A stretch of DNA of 64,000 nucleotides from Rhynchobatus australiae. Its lineage: Eukaryota. The position numbers were made by a program, and so were the translations under genes. This document shows, in pieces, positions 48,501 to 60,575 of this stretch. The stretch spans positions 53,619,716 to 53,683,715 of the forward strand of contig JAUZTB010000064.1 in the NCBI GenBank assembly GCA_034780895.1, written 5' to 3'. Under the pieces are notes generated by a model, which did no database searches, was not told the DNA's origin, and was given only the letters and a program-made list of their open reading frames with translations. Numbering within the stretch: the stretch's first letter is position 1; every line of letters begins with the position of its first letter.

Positions 48501-51500
48501 ACTTTATTGGTAATACACTGTTATCAATACAAATCATGTATACCAGAAAGCAAAACCAAAGTTCTATTTAACACAGAACAGTGTTACATCTTGCCATCTC
48601 AACATTCATTGTGGATTCACTGCCATCTGTGGAAGTATAAATTAAACAAATACAATTAATATCCCTGTATAGCTATTCAAGCATTACTGCAATGAATAGG
48701 CTCATCTTCAGAGAGAGTCCTGTTCTCTTCAGTGACTTTTGTGAAAATATTTTAACACTTATTCTTTAAAAAACATTCAATAGTTAGATAATGTATNNNN
48801 NNNNNNNNNNNNNNNNNNNNNNNNNNNNNNNNNNNNNNNNNNNNNNNNNNNNNNNNNNNNNNNNNNNNNNNNNNNNNNNNNNNNNNNNNNNNNNNNCTTC
48901 ATCCAGGTCATTTATATAAAAGTTGGCACAACAGATCAATCCTTGTAGCACGCCACTTGTTAAATCTTGCCAACCAGAAAAAATCAGTTTACACCTACTC
49001 TTTGTTTCCTGTTAGCCAGCCAATCTTCTACCCATAGCAATGCTAATTGCCACACCATGAGCTTTTCATATTCTTTTCATTCTTTCTTGCAACATAGGAA
49101 GCCATTCAACCTCTCCAGTCTAAACCAGCTCTCAAAAGAATCCGATCAATTCCATTCCCCACAGCCCATATACATTCACACCCCCTTCAACTTCACTCTG
49201 ATTTTCTCACTACATGAGGGGGGTGGTTATGATTTACATTAGCCAATTAACTTACAAACCAACGCATCTTTGGGATGTGGGAGGAAAGAACACCCTTTCT
49301 TTGCCTGATTACTTTGACATTCTTTAAGAGTCCTGCTCCAGCATCTTTCATAATAGCTTCTAACATTTTCCTCATGACACGTCAAGCTCACCAGCCCTAT
49401 ATTTTTCTGCTTTCTCTCTTCCTCCTTTTCCTCAAATAAATTGTATGATGTTAACTAACTACGGAGTACCGTCATTTGAAAAGGATTGTCCATTTCCCAT
49501 TATAAATGAAAGCATATTCCTAGCTACTCTGCAAGTCCTCCAGAGTTGATTAAGACAATGAAATGCTGTGGTATCATAGATGTCACAGGAAGCTATTCAG
49601 TGCAACACATTTCTCCTACTAGGAAGCTGAGAGCATCCTTTTAATACCTTGCCTGCAACCTTAGAAATCCAACAGCTCTGACTGGAAATTGTCAGGGTGC
49701 CCTCAGCTGACATTAGCCATGGATTCCATCAAGAGAGGGTCCATTGAATGAGCAGTGATCACCAGTCTTTTGGGACTATAAAGTCAATCTGAAGCCATCA
49801 GTTCTCTTGAACTTCAATACCAGCTGAGTTTTCAGAATTTGAAGATGATTAATTGCTTTGAACTGGAATCCAGAAGAAAAAGTGATGCTTATCAGTGCTG
49901 AATTAATGGACACATCATCAGTTCTGCACTCATGACTCTTGTCTCGTTTTCTTTCGGAACACGTTGGTTTTGTAAGTGCAAGAGTCTGTTTGTAAAAGAT
50001 ATACGCAGATGTCATGCAACTGCTGAACTAAAACAGGGCAAATCTTTTTACATTGAAAATGGGACTGATTAAGAATTCTTAACAATTGAATTCTTAAAGA
50101 AGCCATTGGCTATAGGTAGGTTTTGGCTGTGCAGCTAGGAACACATGCCTGCTCCTCTTTGAATAGTGTCCTGGAGTCTTTTACAAGCACCAAGGAAGAG
50201 GTCAGTTTAAGGTCCAGTGCAGGACCAAAGTGACAGCCAGGATTATTAGCCGAGAGGACTCAGAAGCAAGTCTTGATCCCTCAGAGGCAAGGATGCTACT
50301 GATGTGGTAAGACTTGAGCAGAACTGAAAAGAAACGCATGGTTTTCGGGTTCTACACTTCTTCTGAATGTAGGACTACAATTACACGGGTACTGTGCTTC
50401 ATACTTGAAAAAAATGGCCATTGAATTTTTAGTACACAGCATACCACTGATGTCAGATTAAAGAGATGACACTCAATTTACTCTATGAAATTTATAGCTT
50501 AAAACAAGGCTCAAGATGAAAACTATAATTTAGTGTTGACTCAGTATCTTGACACCCATTCACAAATTTCCACAGGAGTTCTCCTGGTCATCTATCACAA
50601 CTTCTGTTTAAATTCCAGTGAAATAGCTTGACAGCTCTCTATCTTTCTTCTGCCAAGATCACATCCCCATGGAAATTCAATGCTCCATTTATTTTTGATT
50701 ATTATAAAATTGCTGCAGCAGAAGAAAATAGAGCAAAGAATTTTCAAATAACTTCTCCCAATTACCTTCGATAAGTTCAGCAGATTCCCAAAGAAATACC
50801 CAACAAGACCAACTGTTCAGGGTTCCCAAAAAGCTTCAACTGATGTTACACTAAACAATGATTCCTTGAATTTTTATGACCACAATTTTTGGCACGTTTG
50901 CTGGGATTGTACTGGTGGTGTCTCTGGAGCATATTTGCTATTGTAGGAGGAGGCAGATTCTGTTCCTAGTGCCTATGTGTCAAGATTCAACATTAAATCA
51001 TGTATAAGGCTTGGTTCTGAGGCCCAAAAAGAAGGAATTCTGAGTGTTGGCCATTTTTGCTCTTCATCCTCAACCTCAGCCTCTGTACGTCATTAGCTTG
51101 TTTTAGATTTGGCAGATGCTCTGAAAATAAAAGAAACAAAGATGTAAATATTCAGCAGGTCAGACAGCATCATTGGAGCAGTATTTTGCTGTTGTGTGAA
51201 GATAATTTAAAACTTCAAAGTAAGGTGGGTGTGGTAAAATTTGTAGCCACTTTACTGACTTACAGTAGGCTGATCCTTAAAACAATTTAAGTTTCAAGCC
51301 TTTAGTGACTATTACTTTTAACAACATTTCTTTAATAAGCTGCAGACCAGCTGTTGAGCTGCTCAGAGATCACAAGAGACCAGTTTCCTCCAGGATATGT
51401 ACTTAACACTGTAAACTGCCAGTTTAACTACAGTAAATCTGAAAAGACAACTTAATGTAAGGATCTCTTGCTTTATAGAAATAATGGAATTCTATCTTCT

Positions 51501-52519
51501 GTAACCAAAAATTGAAATATGAAAATATAGGTAAGTAGAGCACAAATCAAAATCCACATTCTATTTGGCCTCAAACTAACACTTCTCAATTTCCCTCTCC
51601 CTCAAGTATTAATCCATTGCTTTCATAAATTTTCCATCCAATTTGCTTGTATAGATTCCTGGTTCATCTTTAAATGCCAAAACTTCCTTCTAAGCCTCAT
51701 TCTGAGTCCTGTAGTTCTAGAGTCAACAGCTAATTGGGGATCCATTTATTTAATCCCTTAAGAATACTTAATACACAGTGTGGTGAAAACAACTCTTAAT
51801 AGCTTGAAGGCAATAGCTTGTTTGGTATTTACAGATTGAAGCAGTGTGCAAAAAGTAATGAAATTTTATGATGCAAATGCCATTTGTTGATATTTAAAAA
51901 AACAAAGCCCCCAAATAAATTGATGTACGTGTATAAAATTTGCATGTTTCTTGTAAACATTCATTTATATGAATATAAATATTAGTTTCTGCTTTTAGTT
52001 CTTTTGGGCAGTCTTTTCATTCAGTGAGAATTGCATGATTCTGCAGTCCCAATGAGTATTGATTTATAGTTAAAACAGTAAATATTGGAAATACTCTATG
52101 CATTTATGTTTCTTCTCAGCAGGTCTGGAAGCACGTGCAAGTAGAATTGCACTGTTAATGTTTCAGGTAGTGACCTGGCATCAGAAATGTTATATGCAGG
52201 TTCACCTTTTCTACCCCATGTAAAATTTGCATCTAATTGTCTCNNNNNNNNNCATCCTAAGGCTTGAGTAAATGTACCCAACTAAGATGCAGCATATTGC
52301 TCATTTTAAAATGTGGACTCATAATTCCAATCAGAATTGAATTCCTGATGGACACCTAAAAATGGAAGAAAACCCAATTACTACATTTAAAGAGAGTCAT
52401 TTTCCAGAATTCAGAAAGCAGGAACGCAAATCTTTTTCTATCCTCCAGCTCAAGAAGATTTGAATCCAATTGAAATACCAGCAAAGGCTTTATAACCTCG
52501 AGAATAACATCAATGCCTA

Positions 52520-53050
52520 ACTTGGTGAGAAGCTTTACTGGAGTGAGATAGTTAATGTTTCAGGTCTGAGACCCTTCATTCAGAATGAGAGAAAACTAGT
52601 TAGGTTACAGTAGCAAAGAAAAACAAAGGGAAAATCTGACAGAGTGACATAAAATGACTAAATGTGATGGCTAAGTAGTAGTAAAGATCAGATTAAGCAT
52701 TTTTGTACATGTAATGTATTGCTAAGGGTAATGTAGTGGAACATGCCAAACAACTCAGTCAATACAAGTAAAAAAATAAAGAAAAAAGGAGGAAAAACTG
52801 TGCCAAAATGAGGACAGACAGAAATAGCCTATTCTGAATCGGATGGAGGGAAAGAGGGAGTTACCCTAAAGCTGGAGAATTTGATATTGCATCTGGAAAG
52901 CTGCAATGTGCCCAGACAGAAAATGAAGTGCTTTTCCTCAAACTTGTGTTGGGCCTTGTAGTAACGGTGCAGGAATGGGATGGGCAATTAAAGTAGCAAT
53001 CGGAAACTTAGGGTTACTCTTGCAGAATGAAAGCCGGTGCTCCACAAGGT
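52520..53050 (-). mobile_element. Degenerate Penelope-like element
   Basis: Minus strand KLEEKHFIFCLGTLQ; terminal motif gaagggtctcagacctgaaac. Confidence 0.75.
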
Positions 53051-53054
53051 GAAT

Positions 53055-53465
53055 GAGACATTTACCTTCCTAACTACTTGCTGCACCTGTCTGCCAACAG
53101 TTTGTGATGCATGCATAAGAGCACCTAGATCCCTCTGAACTCCAGTCATTTGCAATCTTTCGCCATTTAGTATGTCTTTTGATTCCTCTTACTGAAGTCC
53201 TCACATTTTCCCATGTTAAACTCAATTTGCCATGTTTTTATCCACTCACTCAACCAATCTATATCCTATGGCATGGTATCCACATTACAACATGTCCTCC
53301 CACCTATTTTCATATCATCAACAATCTTGGATAAATTACAGAAGAAACAAAGGACTGCAGATACATTACAGTCTGACCCATCCTCTAGATCATTAACATA
53401 GATGGTAAATAATAGTGGGCCAAGAAATGAACCTTGGGACATTCTACTACTTACATCCTTCAGAC
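53055..53465 (-). mobile_element. CR1 RT fragment
   Basis: SQGSFLGPLLFTIYVNDLEDG...LSKIVDDMKIGG. Confidence 0.85.
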
Positions 53466-54689
53466 TCAAAGTAGATCATGCATGATGTTGGCAATATTTG
53501 GGTCCCAATTGATGTGTTCCACCGATCACCGACCATCTCCTCCTGACTGCCCTTCAAAAATAATTAAGAGGCTAGAAGTGTTTTGGAGCATCCTGAGGAC
53601 AAGGAAGATGGTACATACATGCAAGTTGTTTGCTTATTACATTTCTAATAAAGAAACATTGATTTAAGGATTAATGGCAGGATTAAGAAGTTGCTATCTC
53701 AAGGATACCTGAAGGACATCTGTTAAGAATAAGTTTTGGTGCAGGGATTTGTTGTTTGACTTTGACTTTGTTGCTTTTTTACAATAATTCATTTAATGCT
53801 CAGTCCAAAGAAAAAATATTGTTCCCACCATTTTATTTTAGAGAGTTGGTTGGAAATAAGAGACAATATAATGTTACTTAACATAACAATCTAAAATGAA
53901 CAGCTATTAGCCTTTATGTTTGGGTATTTCTTGTATCTCAAATCGCATCATTTTAAGTCTATCTACTGCAGACTAACAACAACAATCTGTTGAATAAGGA
54001 GGTAACCTTATCAGTCAGAATTTATTGTTAACTGTGAAATTCAACAGGTATAGATCTCAAGGCAGCACCCTGTTAATTTAAAAAGAGATTTCTCTTCATC
54101 TGAAGAAATCCTGTTCTACTTGCTCTGATGGCTATCTGAAAACCAATTGAATAAAAACACATCTTTTATATTTAATCTTGATTTATATCAACATTGTTTT
54201 AGTTAATTTTACATGTTCATTGGAATAAAGGAACTAATGGGATATCTTTCAAATTTGGCTTTTCATTTGCATCAATCATTTCCAGATTTGATCAAAGACA
54301 ATCAACCCCTATAATTTTATTTTTATTTTTCCTTCCACACGTGCCACCTGATTGGCTGAGTATTTCCAACATGTTTTATTCCCATCTCAAGTGCACTGTG
54401 ACCAAATTGATAACAACGCTTCCACAGTTTATCCAAATGAATGTTTTCACATCAGTCTCTGCACACAAAGTGTCATCAGAGGAATTTTCCACTTCATAAT
54501 CCTTATAGCCTGTCAAAGTGGTGTTGCCAATTTAATACTTTTTTTTTGCTAAGATAAGATTAATTTTGTGATGCCCTTTCTTCACAACAAAGGAAAGAGA
54601 TATTTTGCTTTTACAAGGCATCTTTCGCATCCTCAAGATATACCAAAGCACTTCACTTCCAGTCAATTGTAAACCTTGTGATGGAAACA

Positions 54690-54900
54690 GGGAGACATAA
54701 GAGACTGTAGATGTTGGAATCTGGAGCAAAAAACAAGCTGCTGGAGAAATTCAGTGGGTTTGAGTGGCATCTGTGGGGGAAAAGGTGTCCTGATGCAGGG
54801 TATTGACCTGAAACATTGACAATTGCTCCACCTCCCCCGCCCCGCCTCTCCACGATGCTGCTCAACCCAGTGAGTTCCTCCAGCAATTTGTATTTTGCTA
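54690..54900. repeat. Palindromic Penelope-terminus-derived short element
   Basis: ctgctggagaaattcagtgggtttgagtggcatc ... gatgctgctcaacccagtgagttcctccagca; similar to the 3.4 kb copy. Confidence 0.75.
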
Positions 54901-55934
54901 TGAAAACAGTAAGATGAATTGGGATGCTTAGATTGCTTAAAGTTCATTGCATCCAGGATAGTAACACAGCAGGGTATTGTAATCTTCACTCATCAGTGCA
55001 GGTCAGATTCAGACCAAGACTTATATCTGAAACTACACTGCTTAGCCCCATAAAATTATGTTGTTCATGTTAATAATTCATAGAATGAACAGAAAACATT
55101 GTCTGTTTGTAGGATTTCTACAACTAACTTAACAAGTAATTTGCACATGCTTAGCAATTGCTATACTCTTCCGGGGAACTGAGGAGAAGGTGCCTGCAAC
55201 AGATGAGCCCGCTAAAAAAGATAAAATTATCAGATTTTGCATTGTGGGAAATGAGTTGTAAACTGTTAGGGAGCATACCTGTTAAAGAAGGGAAAATTAG
55301 GATAATGTGTAAATTATTGAACAATGGTTAGTATGAAAGTGGTGGAAAAATACAGAGTTTTAAAGGACTGGAGAACTATAATTAATGGAATCTTTCTGAG
55401 CAAGTTACACAAAGAAGCTAGAATGCTGAGCAACAAGAGCTCAATTAAAAAAAACATATTTCACCTCTTTGATATTGGGCTGGCCGGTTTTGCATTGTGC
55501 TGCTGGACCAGTCCACAGCCTGCAATTTTGGTACTCATGCTTCCCACTTGCTCACTTCTACTTAGGTTGGGTGTAGAGGGATAATCCCTTTGCACCTCTG
55601 CAGCTTCAGTTTGGTGGTGAAGTCCTGAAATCCCTGGGCTGTAGATTTACCCAATGGGCTTTGACAGAAGGCAAAGCTGGAGGCTTACGTCAAAACTGTC
55701 ACTGATTTTTAACAATTTATAAATGACTTAGACATTCAGAGACAGTCAAAAGTGACCAAAATTCAAAAAACATTGTACTCCTAAAATTACAAAAATATTA
55801 ATTAAACTCATATGTATACGCAGTAATAATTGAAGAGATTAACTAAAGTATAATCATTTGAAACAAAAAGCCTCCCAGTCTGCAGGATTTGATCTACATG
55901 AAAATAGGATTTTTGATATGGCCTCACCTGGCAT

Positions 55935-56660
55935 AGAATCTGAAACAAAAAGTAAAACTGCCAGAGGAACTCAATGGATCAAAGTAGCATCTGTGGAGAC
56001 AAAGGGATGAAAGGGATGGTCAACGCTTTGGGTCAAGCCCCTGCTCTGAAAGGAGTGAGAGTGTAGAGGGAAAGTAGCCAGCATATAGAAGTGAGAGGGA
56101 GGGGTGAGACAGAGGTTTGTAGGTGATAGGTGGAACCAGATCAGGGGGTGAGGGGGGAATGATGGGCAAGTAGATCCAGGTGAGGAGGGAGAGTATTGAG
56201 GCAGGACCTGCTAGGTGATGGGTGGAAACATAAGAAAAGGAAAAGGAAAGGAACATATAAGGCAGCTGGAGCCAGGTGGGGGGAAGGGAGTGGGACGGGT
56301 AGAGAGTAAGGCTGCTGGTTGATAGGTGGAACCTGATAATGGATGGTGGGCAAATGGAACCAAGTGGGGGAGGGGATAGGAAAGGTGAATTAAGGGAGAG
56401 AGAACCCAGGTGGACCAATGGGAGTGGGAAAGGGACACCGGGGAGTGTGTTACCTAAAATTGGAAAATTCAATGTTCACACCCTTGGGTTGTTGGCTACC
56501 CAAGTAGAATACGAGGTGCTGTTCTTCTAGTTTGCACTTGGCCTTTCTGTGGGGAAGAACGAGGACAGACAGATCAGAGGGGGAAGGGAGCTGAAGTGAC
56601 GTGCAACCAAAAGCTCAAGATGGCCTTTATGGACAGAGCATAGCTGCTTTGCAAAATGGA
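55935..56660 (-). mobile_element. Penelope-like element 3' part
   Basis: Minus strand CKLEEQHLVFYLGSQQPKGVNIEFSNF; purine-rich tail on +; terminal arm gaggaactcaatggatcaaagtagcatctgtgg. Confidence 0.85.
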
Positions 56661-57012
56661 GGCATAGATTGGGTGGACAGGCAGAGTATTTTTCCCCAGA
56701 GTGGAAATGTCAAATATTGGAAGGCATGGTTTAAGGTGAGAGGGGAAAAGTTTAAAGGTGGTTTATGAGGCAAGTTTTTTTTTTACACAGAGTGGTAGGT
56801 GCCTGAAATACGCTGCCAGGGGAGGTAGTGAAAGCAGATATGATAGCAATGTTTAAGAGATATTCAGGCAGACACATGAATAGGCAGGAAATATAAGGAT
56901 ATGGACCATGTGCTGGCATATGCAATTAGTTTAATTTGGCATCATGGTCAACAGAGGCATGGTGAGCCAAAAGGCCTGTTTCTGTGCTGTATATTTTATG
57001 ATCTATGTTCTA
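56660..57012 (+). mobile_element. CR1 3' end
   Basis: tttttccccagagtggaa...tttacacagagtggtaggtgcctg...tctatgttcta tail. Confidence 0.85.
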
Positions 57013-58264
57013 ATGTCTAGACTGATATGACCACCATTTCAGTCAGTATGTTTTGCAGTCATTGCATGTGGCCTTAAATTCTGTACTGCAGTTTAAATGG
57101 CCGAACCCAAACAGTGGTGATTGGAGACTCTAGGCACAGACAGGTTGATCCAGTACATTGATTCCAAGTGTAGAGACATCTACCAGGTTGGAAAAATCTG
57201 TGTACAGTTTATATTTGTATATATATATACACTTGTGATTACAGGAAACAGTGAGCATTCAGACAGTATGCCAAGAGTTTGAGTCAGCAGGAATATAGGA
57301 AAGAACAAGATAAGGAAAGATTGTGCAGTCATCTAACAGATCCTGAAAGGCAATAACTCTCAATGGCTCACTCCCTTAAATATTTATGCAACGTTCCCAT
57401 AATGCTTCCTTGGGAACTGCAATTCCAAATATTCAACTACCTCAGCATAAGATGGTTAAATTTAAACTGTGCATTTCCTTCTATGTTTCATTCAACAGTA
57501 GATACATTGTTGGGGCTCAGTTTATCTATTCCCCTACATACCTTGAATTATAAATAGATCTCCAGTCAGCCTTCACATCAAGCAGAATAAACATTCTCAG
57601 GCTTCTCTGCCTCTTCCTCAGGCATGATTAATAAAGCTGCTCGAAAATAAAGCTGTCCTGAAATAAATCGTGAGAAAAAGAAGCAAGAAAGAGGAACTGG
57701 TTAGAGCAGCGAGTGACAGAAGTTACAGAAGAGAATAAACATGATATAACAAACCAAAATATAAAAGCCAGGCTTTAATGGCATATACACAATGCAGTCA
57801 AAGCAAAACTGGAGAGGTAGAGCATTGATAAAGATGAAAGGATATGATATAATATATATATATAATAGAGATTTCANNNNNNNNNNNNNNNNNNNNNNNN
57901 NNNNNNNNNNNNNNNNNNNNNNNNNNNNNNNNNNNNNNNNNNNNNNNNNNNNNNNNNNNNNNNNNNNNNNNNNNNNNNNNNNNNNNNNNNNNNNNNNNNN
58001 NNNNNNNNNNNNNNNNNNNNNNNNNNNNNNNNNNNNNNNNNNNNNNNNNNNNNNNNNNNNNNNNNNNNNNNNNNNNNNNNNNNNNNNNNATTATGTCTTC
58101 CACCATACTGCAGTCAGTATTGACCAGCAACTCATGTGGATTGGCCACAGTAGTAAATATTGTGATAAGAACAGGTTGATGCTGTGCATGCATCAGTAAG
58201 TAACTCAATTCCTGACACCCCAAAGCCTTTTCCCCCATTTACAAGAGTTCTATTGATTGCCCTC

Positions 58265-58680
58265 CGCTTTTCAAGATGAATGACGCTCCAACAGCAAGAA
58301 GCTCAATACTGTCCCAGACAAAATAACTGGCTGAATTTCCAACCCTTTCACCATCCCAAACATTCATCCCAGTACACTGTGACTGCAATGTGTACCTGTG
58401 GTCAGCAGCTATTTATCCAAGCTACCTCAGTAGCATTCCACAAAATCATAGCGTCTGTGAGATGACCATCACCTGCAGGTTTCATTTCAAGCTATGCACC
58501 ATACTGGCTTGGAAATATAAGCATATTGTCACTGGGACTAAATCTTCAAATTCCCAACCCAAGAAAACCATGGCAGTAGCAGAACTGCTGTAGTTCAAGA
58601 CATGGCCCACTACCTTCTCAGGAGAATAGGGCAAATTATACTGGCCTCATTGGTGATGCTCTCATCCTGCACATTAGAAA
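58265..58680 (+). mobile_element. Old LINE 3' fragment, same family as 30338-31350
   Basis: Collinear similarity with 30900-31345. Confidence 0.65.
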
Positions 58681-60184
58681 AACAACAAAGATGAGATAGA
58701 GGGGGAGATCTGATTATATTTGATTGGGCTGGCTATGAAAATCACTTATACTGTGAAATTTTAACAATGTGCTTTGCTTAAACATTATTGTACTTTACAG
58801 AATGCGTCTGCAACTGTGTTCTGGAGCAATATGTTTTCAGTCCATTGAAAGAAGCCCTTCAGTTCTAGAAAATGAATTGGGACAACGAAACTGATATATT
58901 TCAGGAGAATGAATGGGAAATAACAATCATATCAATTAGTTTCAATGTAAAAATTGAAAATACAATGAAAAAAAATCAAAGATGCGGGAGAACTGTCATG
59001 GTTCTGAGTTTTGGCCCTCAATTTGGCTCCATTAATGCCTTGTTGTCCAGCACATGGATTCCATGCTNNNNNNNNNNNNNNNNNNNNNNNNNNNNNNNNN
59101 NNNNNNNNNNNNNNNNNNNNNNNNNNNNNNNNNNNNNNNNNNNNNNNNNNNNNNNNNNNNNNNNNNNCTGGCGATAAAATGCCAGAATCCCTGCAAGTTG
59201 TTACAGGAGCTTGGGCAAGCCCATGGGATGCAATCAGTTATGGAATGTACCCCTGAAATTTTTAGTTAGACTCTGGATGGGTCTGATAAAGCCTTTCATA
59301 TAAATAAAAGAGAATCTGCTGTGTATTGTCCCATTGGTGCTTAACAAGAGATGTGCATTCACACATCAATGGCACTTAACTGGTGCAATTGTGTAATGTA
59401 ACTGCAGATACACAGACCAGGCTTTGTTATCCCAAATTTTTCATAAATGTCAGGAATAAACATCCCAAGAATCACTCACCTGAAGATTAGCAATTAAAAT
59501 GACACATTCCCTTTTTTTAGAAATGATTATTTTGACATTCCTTTTATAAAAAGTAATCATAGTTATTTACTCCATGTAAGTGAGTATAAAAAAACTTAAA
59601 TATAACTTTAAGTAATAAATATAAAAAGATAAAATCACTTGTATTGAGCTCAAGTTGACCTGGGAGCCAACTTGGTTGTTTTTTCATTCAGATAGAAGTG
59701 GGTAGAATGTTTATGTTTAGTCTTTCTACTGATTTGTTGTTCCTCCAGAAACTTTTACTGAATGCATGCTATCCCTCGATTGTGTTTGAGCTGCAAACTG
59801 GCATATGATAACCATCTCCATCTCAAAAAATTAGCAATTTTCCCCCTTGGTCTCATTGGCACCTCCATAATCGAATCCTTTCAGTATTGACAGCTTTGTT
59901 GGGAGGGAGTCAATCATTGATCAGGTGCATTAGTGACACAATTACAATAGGTAAGATTGTGTGACCTATGATTATTCTTCTTCTTGTCTGTGCTCCCCAA
60001 ATCCCCTCACCGTCCAGAAGGATAAAATCATGGATGTGATAGAATATTCACTGTTTTCAAAACAACAAAGGTGGTATTCCCATCTGAATCGTTGAATTCA
60101 ATGTTCACCAATAACACAATGTGGGTGCTTACCAAACTGCTTCCAGGTTGCACCCCAGTATTGCTAAGCTGATTTAACAGCATG

Positions 60185-60575
60185 TTAGAAATATAGAAAA
60201 ACTACAGCACAATTGGCCCACAAAGCTGTGCTGAACATGTCCCTACTCTAGAAATTACTAGGCTTACCCATAGCCCTCTATTTTACTCAGCTCCATGTAC
60301 CTATCCAAGACTTATTTCCCTGTAACCGTGTTCTCTCACACATGCCCATTAACACTTTCCTCCCCAAGTTTCACACAAGTAACCATCCAATAGGGGAATT
60401 TCCAAAGCCAATTAACCTCACAACTTTTGGAATGTAGGAGGAAACCGGAACACCAAAGGAAAAACCATGTGGTTGCAGGAAGAACGTGCACATTGCGCAC
60501 AGACAGCACTGTAGTTTAAAATTGAAACAGGGTCACTGGAGCTGTAAGACAACCACTCTAGCTGCAGTGTCAGGG
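60185..60575 (-). mobile_element. CR1 tail plus HE1-like SINE
   Basis: tagaaatatagaaaaactacagcaca tail; ttggaatgtaggaggaaaccggaacacc SINE body. Confidence 0.7.
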
